A stretch of DNA of 63,990 nucleotides, filler included, from Octopus bimaculoides (Eukaryota), in NCBI RefSeq assembly GCF_001194135.2. It is 4 parts of 4 records of this genome, joined end to end, with 100 filler letters (N's around TTAATTAATTAA, not from the genome) between each part and the next. Parts side by side here need not be neighbours in the genome. Positions count along the whole stretch, not along the records: positions 27,583 to 55,645 come from NC_068998.1; 3 more parts are not named here. The stretch is one strand, 5' to 3'. Below, in pieces: positions 38,810-53,744 of this stretch. The translations under genes were made by a program, and so were the position numbers. Under the pieces are notes generated by a model. It did no database searches. It saw only the letters and a program-made list of their open reading frames with translations, and was not told the origin of the DNA. Position 1 is the first letter of the stretch. The number at the start of each line of letters is the position of its first letter.

Positions 38810-39998
38810 CTTTACGAAAGACCATGAGGTCGATGATAAATCCTGATTTCAATAGTAGTTAATGGAAGACGGGTGACAAGTTTTCGAGTTAAGACACCAA
38901 TTTGTCGTGGGTAACTTTCCGTGAGATGCCAGCACATATCCGAAAACCACATTAAAAGAAAAAAGCTAAGGTAACTGAAGAATATGTAGTAAAAGGTGTC
39001 CTAACCAGAGAGTGAACTAGTGACTAATAACATGCTTGAACTCATAAACCGTCAGTTGCTGGATCGTTTATGTTACTATTATTATTCGAATATTTTGTAT
39101 CTTAAGCGAAATCAAATAAAACAAAGAAGCCGTCATTGAGAATGGTTTTCTGAAGAAAGGTGAAACAAATTACTTTAATGTACACTTGGTTGCTTGGAAT
39201 TCAATGTTTACTTAACACATCTGAAATTAAACTGACTACAAGGTTTATTATGCAACACATTTAGATGTGTTTGCACAACACACACGTCTAGAAACACGAC
39301 AGGAATTTCCACAGAAACAACAAAAACACAGCATAAGGAAAGGACTGATGAAGTAACGTCAATCGAAAACTTTCAAGTAGTTGAATGACTTACAACATTT
39401 GTCTTGGACAACATTCTCGTGGATAATTATTTACGCAGTTATGGTGGTGAAAGAATATTTAAGGATTTCAGTAATTAAACACAGCCAAAGTGTGTGTGCG
39501 TGAGTGTGTGAGTGTTTATATATGTTTATATATATATATATATATATATATATNNNNNNNNNNNNNNNNNNNNNNNNNNNNNNNNNNNNNNNNNNNNNNN
39601 NNNNNNNNNNNNNNNNNNNNNNNNNNNNNNNNNNNNNNNNNNNNNNNNNNNNNNNNNNNNNNNNNNNNNNNNNNNNNNNNNNNNNNNNNNNNNNNNNNNN
39701 NNNNNNNNNNNNNNNNNNNNNNNNNNNNNNNNNNNNNNNNNNNNNNNNNNNNNNNNNNNNNNNNNNNNNNNNNNNNNNNNNNNNNNNNNNNNNNNNNNNN
39801 NNNNNNNNNNNNNNNNNNNNNNNNNNNNNNNNNNNNNNNNNNNNNNNNNNNNNNNNNNNNNNNNNNNNNNNNNNNNNNNNNNNNNNNNNNNNNNNNTATA
39901 TATATATATATGTATGTGTGTGTATATATATCTATATATATGTACGTATGTATATATTTGTATTGATACACATATATCCAGAGAAAAGGAGAGAGAAA

Positions 39999-40074
<76 letters not shown>

Positions 40075-40215
40075 GGGAAAGAGTAACAGAAAGCAAGTAG
40101 GCAAGAAAGAAAGAAGGAAAGAATTAAATAAAGAGACCATTAACTCGAAAGCGCACTGTTGTCGTAGTGAATGGAGAAAGCTTGGTTTGCAGCATATCAC
40201 CATGAATATATCAAC

Positions 40216-40320
40216 ATATCTATACTAGATATCTATACTAGATATCTATACTAGATATCTANNNNNNNNNNATACTAGATATCTATACTAGATATCTATA
40301 CTAGATATCTATACTAGATA
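40216..40320. repeat. 13-bp minisatellite (ATATCTATACTAG)n
   Basis: Perfect tandem units on both sides of a 10-N gap. Confidence 0.9.
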
Positions 40321-40567
40321 TGATGATATATTCATGGTGATAGATACTGGTGAACAGACTGGTAAGTTTAACGATAATCTTTAAAATAATTTTCCGTACA
40401 TTTACGATGCAGAATTAGCTTTGATATGATCTGAATTATTATATGATATGATTTGTATTGATATAAATTCAAATTATATTACTTCTCAGTTCCTAATATA
40501 AAGTTAGGAATAAGAGACAAGGCGTATAGTAACTCAGTTTACACCCCAAAAATATACTAGCGAATGC

Positions 40568-40654
<87 letters not shown>

Positions 40655-40664
40655 TGCTTATATA

Positions 40665-41045
40665 AGCATAGGTGTGGCTGTGTGGGAAGAAGCTTGCTTC
40701 CCAACCACATGCTTCCAGGCTCAGATCCACTGTGTGGCACTGTGTGGCACTATGTTCAACTACAGCCTCAAGCCGTCCAAAATCCTTGTGAGTTGATTTG
40801 GTCGACGGAAACTGAAAGAAGCCCAACGCGTGTGTGTGTGTCTGTGTGTTTGTTGTTTGTGTTTGTCCTTCACTACTGTTTGAAAACCGGTGTCGGTGTT
40901 GTTTACGTCACTGTAGCGGTTCGGCATAAGTACCAGGTTTACCAAAAAATAAATCCTGGGGTCAGTCCTTTCGACTAAAAATTCTACAAGGCGGTGCCCC
41001 AGCATGGCCGCAGTCTAATGACTGAAACAACTGAAAGATAAAAGA
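40665..41045 (+). mobile_element. SINE family A, full length
   Basis: Head ggtgtggctgtgtgggaagaagcttgcttcccaaccacatg through tail gactgaaacaactgaaagataaaagata. Confidence 0.85.
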
Positions 41046-41144
41046 TAATCTCGCTCTCATTGAACCTCCCTCTCAATACAAAATATATGAACTCGCTTCT
41101 TTGACGAGCATTAAAACATTCATCTATTAAGTAAATTCATATAG

Positions 41145-41540
41145 GCGTGGGAGTGGCTGAGTGGTAAGTAGCTTGCTTACGAACCACATGGTTCCGGGTT
41201 CAGACACACTGCGTGGCACCTTGGGCAAGTGTCTTCTACTATAGCCTCGGGCCGACCAAAGCCTACTGAGTGGATTTGGTAGATGGAAACTGAAAGAAGT
41301 CCGTCGTATATATGTATATATATATATATGTTTGTGTGTCTGTGTTTGTTCCCCCAACATCGCTTGACAACCGATGCTGGTGTGTTTACGTCCCTGTAAC
41401 TTAGCGGTTCGGCAAAAGAGACCGAAAGAATAAGTACTAGGCTTACAAAGAATAAGTCCTGGGGTTGATTTGCTCGACTAAAGGCGGTGCTCCAGCATGG
41501 CCACAGTCAAGTGACTGAAACAAGTAAAAGAGTAAAGAGT
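41145..41540 (+). mobile_element. SINE family A, full length and close to consensus
   Basis: ggagtggctgagtggtaag..ggttcagacacactgcgtggcaccttgggcaagtgtcttc (ACCTTGGGCAAGT recalls the CORE-SINE core) through gactgaaacaagtaaaagagtaaagag. Confidence 0.9.
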
Positions 41541-42577
41541 ATATAACAATATGTATCAAAATTTATATTTTGTTCCTGTCTTTGGTCAGTAAGTGTTATT
41601 TCCTATTTGCTTCTATCTAAAAATCAAAGGAAACGACTACTATTCCCTTCAACTTTGCTTTTGTGCCATGGACATCAATGTTTTGAAACTGACCTATTTT
41701 TTTTATTACATTTCAGACAGATTCAGTGCTGAGTTGCTGAAGCAGAAATTTCGTTATAGCACTATCGAACTTTACACTCTAAGTAGCTATGAAATAAACT
41801 GTAACATCGGATGGGAGTTAAATGAAGTTACCAAAAAAACGCACCATCTGAGGGAACCTGCCTTGGCATTTAACATTGAGAAATTCGGTATCTGCCTGGA
41901 TATTATATCCCTCCTCTTACTATATATANNNNNNNNNNNNNNNNNNNNNNNNNNNNNNNNNNNNNNNNNNNNNNNNNNNNNNNNNNNNNNNNNNNNNNNN
42001 NNNNNNNNNNNNNNNNNNNNNNNNNNNNNNNNNNNNNNNNNNNNNNNNNNNNNNNNNNNNNNNNNNNNNNNNNNNNNNNNNNNNNNNNNNNNNNNNNNNN
42101 NNNNNNNNNNNNNNNNNNNNNNNNNNNNNNNNNNNNNNNNNNNNNNNNNNNNNNNNNNNNNNNNNNNNNNNNNNNNNNNNNNNNNNNNNNNNNNNNNNNN
42201 NNNNNNNNNNNNNNNNNNNNNNNNNNNNNNNNNNNNNNNNNNNNNNNNNNNNNNNNNNNNNNNNNNNNNNNNNNNNNNNNNNNNNNNNNNNNNNNNNNNN
42301 NNNNNNNNNNNNNNNNNNNNNNNNNNNNNNNNNNNNNNNNNNNNNNNNNNNNNNNNNNNNNNNNNNNNNNNNNNNNNNNNNNNNNNNNNNNNNNNNNNNN
42401 NNNNNNNNNNNNNNNNNNNNNNNNNNNNNNNNNNNNNNNNNNNNNNNNNNNNNNNNNNNNNNNNNNNNNNNNNNNNNNNNNNNNNNNNNNNNNNNNNNNN
42501 NNNNNNNNNNNNNNNNNNNNNNNNNNNNNNNNNNNNNNNNNNNNNNNNNNNNNNNNNNNNNNNNNNNNNNNNNNNAG

Positions 42578-42755
42578 GAGGAGGAGGAGGAGGAGGAGGA
42601 GAAAAGGAAGAAGAAGAAGAAGAAGAAGAAGGAGGAGGAGGAGGAGGAGAAAAGGAAGAAGAAGAAAAAGAAGAAGAAGAAGAAGATGAAGAAGAAGAAA
42701 AAGAAGAAGAAGAAGAAGAAGAAGAAGAAGAAGAAGAAGAAGAAGAAGAAGAAGA
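42578..42755. repeat. (GGA)n/(GAA)n microsatellite
   Basis: Direct reading; source of poly-E/K ORFs. Confidence 0.95.
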
Positions 42756-43879
42756 ATGTTGGGTTATCTACTTATTAAATGCCTTTTGCCCTGAAAAGAG
42801 AACAATGATATTTAATATGATCTTTATAGCCATACACTTGAAACATGGAAAATGGATTCTCTGTCTGCTACGACGATTAGCATCTCAATTCTTCTGACAC
42901 CCGAACTAACAACTCGTTGTATTAGCGCAAATATTTGTTTCCTTAATATAACCCTGAGACCGAATTAGTGTGACAATGTTTGTAGCAGTTTTAGCACTTT
43001 GCATAAAAATACATTCCATCTGACGGGCTTCTAAATAGCTTTCATCGACCAAGTTTAATTCACTCACAAAGTTGGGATCCACCTGAGTCTATGGTAAAAG
43101 AAATTGCCTACATGCAAGAATGGGATCGAACGTGCAACCATGATTGCAAACCGAACTTCTTAGACTCTCAACTATGTTTATTAACACACACACTCACAAA
43201 CACAAACACACACACATACATACACATGCACGCGCGTATCTGCACACAAATTAAAATACACACACATACATAAGCACCTACGTACACACGTATATATGTG
43301 CGTGTGTGTGTGAGTGTGTGTATGTATATATTTATGTATGTTTGTATGTATGTATTATGCATGTATGTTGTGAAGGCCCATGGCTCAGTAGTAAGATGAT
43401 GTAGATTTCAGTAACAAAGACATTCTAAAGTTAAAGCAGCAAGGAAAATATGATAAAGATGATCTTCAAAACGGAACAGACAAAGCCAAGGTGTAAACAA
43501 AAAAATTCTCAATTAGAGAACTCTTGAATTGAAATTCTTAGAAAAGAAAACGACTCGACACAGGGTGAAGATCCTGTTGAATCGTAAGAACGATTAGCAA
43601 CACAACTGCAGTATTTACTTACAACTCTTTAATTACAACGAATTCAAATTCTGCCAAGCTTAATTTTGCCTTTCAGCCTTTCGGAATTCATAAAATTAAG
43701 CTCCAGTAAAACGATGGGAACGATTTAATATTCCCAAGAAATGTTCTAGATGTGAGTGGAATGAAATAGAGAGTTGCGAAAATGAAGAGATGAACCCAGC
43801 TGTTATTTGGTTATGTGCAAAGATTATTGAAAAACAAAACCTTATACTTTTCGAATATTTAAAGAAATAATAGCTTCAA

Positions 43880-44075
43880 ATTTTGACACAGGGCAAGTAG
43901 TTTTTGAGAGTCGATTACATCGACTCTAGTACTTGACTGGTACTTATTTTATCAACCCAGAAAAGATGAAAGGCAAAGCCGACTTATGCGGAATTTGAAA
44001 TCAGAATGTAAAGATGGACGATATGCTGCTAAGTAGTTTGTCCGCCATTTTAACGATTCTATCAGCTCGTCATCT
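43880..44075 (-). mobile_element. SINE family B
   Basis: gactggtacttattttatcaaccc..atgaaaggcaaagccgac..cggaatttgaaatcagaatgtaaagatggacg. Confidence 0.8.
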
Positions 44076-45603
44076 TAATACTTAAAGAAACAACAAAAAC
44101 ATTCAATTATATGTTTTTTTTTTCTTTTTGATTATCTTGATGTAATCAATAAACTCAAAAACAAAGCAAAAAAAAAACATCCTATTTAATTCAAATCAAT
44201 TTTCAAAAGGCTCTTTTGTTTTTATATATTTCAGAAAATCAACAAATGTGGGTTTTTCTAGGATTAGATCTCAGTCAATATTTTCCTTGCTTGTGTTTAT
44301 TATTTTCGAATACTTTGATGTATTGCGACATTGCCCACAATAAGCAGGGATAGTTGTGTGTGTGTGTGTGTGTGTGTGTGTATACATAGACAGAGGAGAG
44401 GGAAGGAAAAGAGATAGCAAGAGAGAGTGAGGGAGAGACAGAGAGAGAGAGAGAAAGAGAGAAAGAGAGAAAGAAAGAAAGAGAGAGAGAGGGGTATGTG
44501 TGTGTATATATTATGAGTGTGTGCATCTATGTGTGCAAGCATATACCTGCTATTTATGTCAAAACTGGTGTATGTTTATGATGCTGGTCGATAGAAATCG
44601 ATAAAACAAATATCAGACTGAAATAACTTCTGGGGTCATTTTGTTTGACTAAAGTCCAGAATGCAATGCTCCAGTATGATCGCATTCTAATGGCAGAAAC
44701 CAGACACTCAATATATATACATATACACACTCAGTGACTCATATATTATATATGACATTTATAGACATACGCACACATCTTCATGCTACCTTTATAAATT
44801 GCCATGCACCTGTCTCTATACTGTAGCCCATACTAATTCACAGTTTATGAATTGCATGTATCTTTTTAGCCACGGGTGTGGTTACATGTGGTAGATAAAA
44901 GAGAAAATGTCTATTCATCTAAAAGAAATTGTAAAGTAAGCTATCAATTTCCTTGCTCTAGTGCTTACGGTCATTTCTCGGTGCATTTGAACCTAAGAAA
45001 ACTGTAGAAGAAAATTACAGTTGGGAATTCTATATTGGATTTTAAAATTAAACTTTTAATTTCTTATTTACAAATAAAACTCCTCTTATACGCTGCTTAT
45101 ATGTATACAATAAAAGGGTGCTCTTTGATGTTAAATAGATGCTCATGAAGAGAAATGATTGCGCAAAATTTGCAACGATAAGTTATTCCAGAGCTTTCTA
45201 CTCATTATTTTATAGCTAGTTTTGATTTCGATTTATTGAGCTGTCAGAAGGTTGTGCAATGAAAGAAAGAGAAGAGTGGCATAGTAAATTCAAGCGGGAA
45301 CCTCTATATGGGGACTAGATATAGCAACTAGTGTCACTCGATTCATGTCCTACTGTCCTGCAAGAAAGGAAAGATTTATTGGAAAATGGTGATGCACATA
45401 TCGTTAGCCACTAAGAGACCTGCTCATTTGGTTACGGTCAAAAACTGACAATCAAATCTGTGGTATTGCGCAGAATATTTGCTCTAGTTCATCTTTTATA
45501 CCAAGACAAAACAATGTACATGATAACACTTCCAATCAGTTAAGATGAGAAGCCACGAGAACCACTGTCTGGTATTGCATCTATTATTGTTATTATTATC
45601 GTT

Positions 45604-45642
<39 letters not shown>

Positions 45643-46039
45643 GCCATGGCAGGAGTTGTGTTTTTGGAGCCCTGCAAGTTTATGACTGATTCACTTGTTT
45701 AAAACATTCTATACTGTATTTTGTTGTTTAAATCCTTTTGCAAGCCAGTTGCCCTTCTGGAAGGGTGGTGGTGGTGGTGGTGGTGGTAGTGGTGGTGGGG
45801 GCTGGCATTTGTTTTACAAAAGCCTCATTTTAGGAGTGATACAAACCTTTTTGTTTCCAAAATTCTTCGAAAATTTTATTTCGAAGAAAGTAAAGATTGA
45901 AGATAGTGACGAAAAGTGGGGGTGAAGAAGCAAGGTGGTACGGCAATTTACACGAGGACTTCAGTACACAGCAAGAAGAAGAAGAAGAAGAAGAAGAAGA
46001 AGAAGAAGAAGAAGAAGAAGAAGAAGATCAACAACAACC

Positions 46040-47340
46040 TTCCCGGCGCGTCAAGCTTTCAGAGACCGGCTTAGCAAGTTAGGCCTTCGAAAGTTAGCGG
46101 GTGCAGTTGTCAACAACCGATGGTGGGTGCCCTGAAAAGGGCGATTAGAGTAAAAGCTGTAGAATTTAGCTGAGAACTAGCGATAGAGAATACTAGAGTA
46201 GAGGGAGACCTAGTTAGGAAACTAGATGAGGCACTCAGTAGAGGCATAGCGACAGACATGCTGGCAGCGAGATTGGTTCTGAATCAATTCTTCAACACCA
46301 GGCATGAAGGATGCATTGTCAGAGTTAGGGTGCGTGCTTTAAAGCAGGAGGGAACAAAAGTCGTTCGATGGGCCCGGATGGCCGAGGCGCAACGTGGTAA
46401 TAAAACTACAATTCGGTCTTTGAGCGGACAGGATGGGCGCATGCTACACGAGTCGAAGCAGATTTGTGCGGAATTTCAGCGGCAGTTTGCTGAACTGTAT
46501 AGGACGCGTGGTGACTCGGAGGCGGAGGTGAACTTCACCTCCTATCTTGATGGTATGCCGCGGCTTTCGCCCAGGGTCGTAGAGTTCTGCGAAATGTCGA
46601 TAACAGCTGAAGATACACATGACGCGATTGGCTAGTTGCACGAAGGAGAGGTCTTCGGGATTGGATGGTCTGCTCTTCGACTTTTATATACATATACCAG
46701 ACTTGTTTGGTGAGCTTTCGGGAGACGTCTACCGCAACTGGCAGCAGAATGGTAGAATATCCGGATCTGTGAGCTGAGGTGTAGTGACGTTACTGAGACA
46801 GGATCCGAACAAGGTGGATATTGTTGATAACCTTACGCCGGTAATTCTGCTAAGTACAGATTACAAAATTTTGGCCATGATGTTAACAAAGAGGTTGGCG
46901 CTTGTCGTTGACTGACTGGTGGGTGATGCACAGAATTGCGCTATCCCCAGCAGAATTATACACGACATACTCCACCTCACGCGATACATCATAAAGAGGG
47001 TTGGTAAAGAACCTGACATGGCTGGGGCCCTGATCTATTTGGATTAATCGAAAACTTTTTACAGCGTCGACTATCTGTACTTTGAGGTTATCCCCAAGCG
47101 GTTAGTTTCGATCCCGTTTTCAGAGGCTGGATCGCCGCAATGTACAGTGATATCTGTTCGGTGGTCAAAGTAAATGGCCACCTCTCGGAATCGTTTAGTA
47201 TCGTACGTTCGGTCCGTCAAGGATGCCCACTCTTACCCCTTCTCTACATACAGGCACTCGAGCCATTACTGCGGAGGCTGGAGGCTTCGCGGTGCATCCC
47301 GCGTGAACTGGGGGCGGACGACGTCATCAAGATAGTGTCG
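46040..47340 (+). mobile_element. Decayed L1/Tx1-type LINE reverse transcriptase region
   Basis: LLSTDYKILA, AQNCAIPSRIIHD, LIYLD*SKTFYSVD, VKVNGHLSESFSIVRSVRQGCPLLPLLYIQALEPL and ADDV, with stops and frameshifts. Confidence 0.9.
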
Positions 47341-48087
47341 GAAATCGTTTATGATAGTTATATTTAAATTGCATTTATCTTCTCGTAGGAGGCTCCAACA
47401 CAATAGTCTAGTCGATGGCATGTAATGCAATTAAGGTGAAACAGACCGGTTCTAGTTGATCGCTTCCACGTACACCTACTTGACCTTCGTCGCATTGCCA
47501 CATTGAAGAAAGAGTTGTACTGCTTGTTATTCTTAGAAATTTATGTGCATCAACGAATACGTCCTTTGAATCGGTGAGAAAATTATGGACGTCATTTGTA
47601 ACCCAAATAGTGTACTTACAGTGGTTATATAAAGTAGTTTACTAACGATCAGCTGACCTGGTGACGGTCACTTTATAAATAGTTTGTTCACATGTGACGT
47701 CGGTTGTGTCTATGTGTAAATAAATATACATACATACATACATATATATACTTCGCTTCACAAGTCAAACAATTTATGTTGGTCAAGGTCATTATATCCT
47801 GTTTGTCTGGTTCATTCTATCGANNNNNNNNNNNNNNNNNNNNNNNNNNNNNNNNNNNNNNNNNNNNNNNNNNNNNNNNNNNNNNNNNNNNNNNNNNNNN
47901 NNNNNNNNNNNNNNNNNNNNNNNNNNNNNNNNNNNNNNNNNNNNNNNNNNNNNNNNNNNNNNNNNNNNNNNNNNNNNNNNNNNNNNNNNNNNNNNNNNNN
48001 NNNNNNNNNNNNNNNNNNNNNNNNNNNNNNNNNNNNNNNNNNNNNNNNNNNNNNNNNNNNNNNNNNNNNNNNNNNNNNNNNNNNNNN

Positions 48088-48164
<77 letters not shown>

Positions 48165-48304
48165 TCACCTACGTACACACAGATCCACTCATTCAATGCG
48201 TGAACAGACGTCCGCCCCCCCCCACAGATTTTCACTCGCATGCACATACGCACACCTAACTACACAATTTTCTTCTAGTAGACATATACGCACTCCCGTG
48301 TACA

Positions 48305-48340
<36 letters not shown>

Positions 48341-50149
48341 CTTCGCTTCACAAGTCAAACAATTTATGTTGGTCAAGGTCATTATATCCTGTTTGTCTGG
48401 TTCATTCTATCGATAAATATAATAGTTTATATATTTTCATTCTATATTTGTTAAGAACAAAGTATCTTCATTTGTTTTAATTTTATTATCACATAATCAC
48501 GTGTTTGCATCTTGTACACCAATCTGTGCTCAAGTAGTTTCTAATTATTTTTCTGGATCACAATACTATGTAGTACAAAAAAAGTTGCGAACTGGCAAAA
48601 TCTTTAGAACGTCAGAAAAATGCTCTGTAATATTTTGTTTCTGCTCTTTATGTTCTGAGTTCAATCCCAGTGAGGCTAGCTTTGTCTTTCATTCTTTCAG
48701 GCCGATAAAACAAAGTACCACTCAAGTACCCCTCACCACAAACATGTTGGTCTTGTATCTAAATTTCCATCTGCCAAATCCACTCACAAATCTTTGGTCA
48801 GCCCGAGACTATAGTAGAAGACACTTGCTCAAGGTGCCACGCCTGTGCCTGCCTATGTGTTTGTCCCCCATTATATATATATGTATATTATATATATATN
48901 NNNNNNNNNNNNNNNNNNNNNNNNNNNNNNNNNNNNNNNNNNNNNNNNNNNNNNNNNNNNNNNNNNNNNNNNNNNNNNNNNNNNNNNNNNNNNNNNNNNN
49001 NNNNNNNNNNNNNNNNNNNNNNNNNNNNNNNNNNNNNNNNNNNNNNNNNNNNNNNNNNNNNNNNNNNNNNNNNNNNNNNNNNNNNNNNNNNNNNNNNNNN
49101 NNNNNNNNNNNNNNNNNNNNNNNNNNNNNNNNNNNNNNNNNNNNNNNNNNNNNNNNNNNNNNNNNNNNNNNNNNNNNNNNNNNNNNNNNNNNNNNNNNNN
49201 NNNNNNNNNNNNNNNNNNNNNNNNNNNNNNNNNNNNNNNNNNNNNNNNNNNNNNNNNNNNNNNNNNNNNNNNNNNNNNNNNNNNNNNNNNNNNNNNNNNN
49301 NNNNNNNNNNNNNNNNNNNNNNNNNNNNNNNNNNNNNNNNNNNNNNNNNNNNNNNNNNNNNNNNNNNNNNNNNNNNNNNNNNNNNNNNNNNNNNNNNNNN
49401 NNNNNNNNNNNNNNNNNNNNNNNNNNNNNNNNNNNNNNNNNNNNNNNNNNNNNNNNNNNNNNNNNNNNNNNNNNNNNNNNNNNNNNNNNNNNNNNNNNNN
49501 NNNNNNNNNNNNNNNNNNNNNNNNNNNNNNNNNNNNNNNNNNNNNNNNNNNNNNNNNNNNNNNNNNNNNNNNNNNNNNNNNNNNNNNNNNNNNNNNNNNN
49601 NNNNNNNNNNNNNNNNNNNNNNATATATATACATACATACGGGTCTCTCACTCTCTCTCAAACTAGCAAAATGTCTTAGCTATAGACTCTACGGGGTGCC
49701 GGTTATAACACATGAACTACCGATTTCCCGGTTGTGTCCGGCACAGCTAACCACTCACTAGGTCACTAGGGGAAATTAGAATACTGTCCTCTCTTTGCGA
49801 AGCGATTCTTATTTTGCCCTACCAAACTACAAACACAAAGAGATAGAATAGCAATTAACTTGTTTACAAATAAATCGACTAATTAATTCTAAACGTTTAA
49901 ACGTCTTAAATTAATTCCTTTTAATTAACTATGTGATTATTTTAATTAAAAACAGCCGAGGATAGATTTATCGTCCTTGCCATTTTTTTTCGCTCTTTGT
50001 TGTGAACAGTAACAATTAAACTAGATTTTAAACTACGTCTGATTTGACTATACTTATTGTTGAAAACCTGTTTGCTGCCAGTCGTCTGTAGTGGTGGCGG
50101 CACTAGCTCAATTGTTACTAGTGCTCTACTATTAATATTGTTCTCTTTT

Positions 50150-50520
50150 ACTTCTTTCAGTCATTAGACTGTGACCGTGCTGGGGCACCCGCCTTGGAGA
50201 ATTTGGATTGAATGAATCGACCCCAGTACTTATTTTGTTTTAAGCCTGATGCTGATTCTATCAGTCTCTTTCGCCGTTAAGTTACGGGGACGTAAACACA
50301 CCAACACCAGTTGTCAAGCGGTTGTGGGGGACAAATACACACACACACACATGTACATATACACGGACGCGCGCGCACACACACATATTTAGTGGGCTTC
50401 CATCAGTTTCCGTCAACCAGATCCACTCAAGCTATAGTAGAAGATACTATAGCTCTGAAGCTATAGTAGAAGACACTTGCCCAAAACCACGTGTTGGGAA
50501 GAAACTTCTTACCACAGAGC
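50150..50520 (-). mobile_element. SINE family A, degenerate
   Basis: Tail and head blocks recognisable, with a duplicated gctatagtagaaga segment. Confidence 0.75.
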
Positions 50521-52170
50521 TACTCATAAATAATAACACGAATGAAGCTAGATATGGCAAAATTACTTGTTGGTTAGGATCGTGAGCAAAGGTGTTCCAA
50601 ACGTTACCATCACGTTTTTTAAAAAGTTTTTTTTTTATTATTACACTAATAAATGCAGCCTTTCTTTTTTTAAGGCGCAAAGGTGCATTTTATGGGAGAG
50701 TTAGTTGCTATTTCTAGCACGTTGAGCGATCATGTTGAGGTTATATGTTTGTCTATCCATGTACCTGTCAATCTATTTTGTCTACTTTTGTCCGTCTATC
50801 CATCTATTTAAAGATGATATGTGATGTAAATTCAATAGATCACCTAACTAGATGTGGTAGAGACTTGATTCTCTAAGTGAATGCGAGTATCACTCGTCCT
50901 ACAATGAGATAGTGGAAATCTGCAATATGATATAACTTAAAACAAGGCTTTATCATTATCGTTTAAAATCATTATCTTCTGTACACAAGATGTAGCCCCA
51001 AATTTCTGGTTGAAGAATGCTATGGAGTACAAGGAGGTAGGGTAAGACGTAGAGCCCCAAACTGATACTTTAGATATTTGAGAGTCACTGTTTTCCGATG
51101 TCATGTTCGATGTTTCGCTGATTTGAATTCAAATATCGTCGAAGTTAGCAGTTCTTTTCATTCCTCATAGACCAAGTAGCAACAGAAATATGCAACTGAA
51201 ATGTCCTTTAGAAAAACATGAAGACTCATAACATCAATTCTTCTGATATAAACTAATAATGGTGCATTTAAGTTAAAACCTGTCATTGCATAAATATGTT
51301 CAAAATAGCTGAATACATATGTTGTTGTTCCTTTATACATGTGTAAATATATCACAGACTTCATAGTTACGTAAACTGTCATATTGCAACATTTTTGTTA
51401 AGATTTTTTAAAATCATCTATCAACACGACCGACCTGACACTTTTGTTATGTCATTTTAATTTCTATTTACATATCCATTAATTTGTCAGGCTACCTATT
51501 ACTCTAAGCATTAAACAGATGGCTCTCTCACCGCGCTCTCTGAATATATATCTGTGTGTGTGCGTGGTGGGGTGTACATATATACACGTAGAGAGTGAGA
51601 GACACAGACAGACAAGCAGGTACACGCATATATATAGAGAGAGTTCAAGTAAAATTGCATCGACTGAGTAATGTATTAAGCCTTTACAATAAGTGATCAG
51701 GTTGACTTACCACTTAAAACTCCGACTTGTATTGCGACTAAAACAAAATGTGGTGATGTAGTTGCCGAACAAGGAATAGCTATGAGTAGTTTATCATTGA
51801 GCAGATACATGTATAATAAGAGAATGAAGAGGCAAACAACTAGTATAAGTTCAGAACATGGAATTTGCATATTTGAACATAATTGCTGAGTTATTACCAT
51901 AGAGTTGTTAGCTAAGAGAGTATCATAGAAATAAGGGAGTTAGAAGGTGTGTAGATAGTTTCGTACAGCTGTTTCCAGAACGGTGCATTTCTCAGTAAAC
52001 AAAGATAAGCTATCCATATAGAAGCAAAATATTCCATCTTCAAAGGGGGAAAAAATTGAGGTAGATCTTTAGTAGAAGATCTCACTGTGTCTTCGACGAT
52101 GGAACTGTTAACTTCTAAAATCCTTGACAAAAGATTTGCTTCAATTTTTTTCTCTCTGAAGATGGAATAG

Positions 52171-52212
<42 letters not shown>

Positions 52213-52994
52213 NNNNNNNNNNNNNNNNNNNNNNNNNNNNNNNNNNNNNNNNNNNNNNNNNNNNNNNNNNNNNNNNNNNNNNNNNNNNNNNNNNNNNNNN
52301 NNNNNNNNNNNNNNNNNNNNNNNNNNNNNNNNNNNNNNNNNNNNNNNNNNNNNNNNNNNNNNNNNNNNNNNNNNNNNNNNNNNNNNNNNNNNNNNNNNNN
52401 NNNNNNNNNNNNNNNNNNNNNNNNNNNNNNNNNNNNNNNNNNNNNNNNNNNNNNNNNNNNNNNNNNNNNNNNNNNNNTATATTTATATATATATTTATAT
52501 ATATATACACACACACTCATACATACATATATATGTATATGTATATATACACACATACATACATACATGAAGACGCCTCTGATGAGAAACCAATAAAGTT
52601 CGAAAATCGATTGCAGTTGTTCATCATTTTTTTAGTCTGCGGAGAAATGGCTAAAATTTGCCCTGTTTCTAATTATACCATATGTTACACATATATATAT
52701 CAATTATTTCTCAACGTACAATTCAGTCTTAGCCTTTGAAGTTTCGTTAAATGAGCTAAGAAGATTATAATTCAGAATGCACTTGGATTTTCAGAAAAAA
52801 ATATTGAATATTATGTATGACATTTAATTGAACAAATCTATACGTTCAAGTATCGTACTCATTTATTTTAAATTGAAAAAGACAAGCGGTAGGACAACGG
52901 GCCCTTTTCTTGAACTGAATACTGCAAATACAAAGTGCTACATGAAAATTTGCTCTGCACTAATTTTACTCCATAACAATAAAATATTTCTGAG

Positions 52995-53073
52995 CTAGCT
53001 AGCTAGCTAGCTAGCTAGCTAGCTAGCTAGCTAGATAGATAGATGGATGGATGGATGGATGGATGGATGGATG

Positions 53074-53136
<63 letters not shown>
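52995..53136. repeat. Compound (TAGC)n(TGGA)n(TAGA)n microsatellite
   Basis: Direct reading. Confidence 0.95.
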
Positions 53137-53744
53137 GTATCGGGTTTGTTATTGAAGTTATGATAAAAGGTTGTCTCTTTCTTGCTCTATAAAGGCACAA
53201 TGATAACAATATGCATATATGTATGTATGTGTATACATATATGCATACATATATTGCTATTATTGTGCCTTTATAGTGCATGAGAGACAGCTTTTTCTTA
53301 TAACTTCATACGCTCTGTGTGTAGACTCAAACACTTGTATTCATGAACTTCATTAACTCGTACAATGTTTTATGTTTCATGTTTTCTTGCCTAGTAAACG
53401 GCTTCCATATTTTTGATCCTATGTTCCTTACTAGACTATAAATTTATTATACCATTTCGTCAGAATTTCAGAATTTCTCGGGTTTGTTATTGATAAATTT
53501 GTTGATTTATTTACAATACAACCGTTTTGTGTCACTAGGATATAGACACAGTAACTCTCCCATATTCTTAATAATTCATACTATACATATACTTTCTGTG
53601 ACACTGTCTAGTATATACTTCTTCACTTTCTGAGGTGGTACTTACGAATTACTTTCACAGGAACTCGTAAGAGATTGATAAAATTTAAGTCACACATTTT
53701 TTTTGGGGGGGGGGAATTCTTATTTTATTGTATGTTAGTATATA

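Noticed and set aside
41593-42897. 434-aa ORF with an acidic tail
   Set aside because: Open only because it crosses ~650 N and a (GGA)/(GAA)n tract.
47725-48413. ~100-bp exact direct repeat on both sides of the 47824-48087 gap
   Set aside because: Probably a haplotype or overlap artefact at a microsatellite gap.
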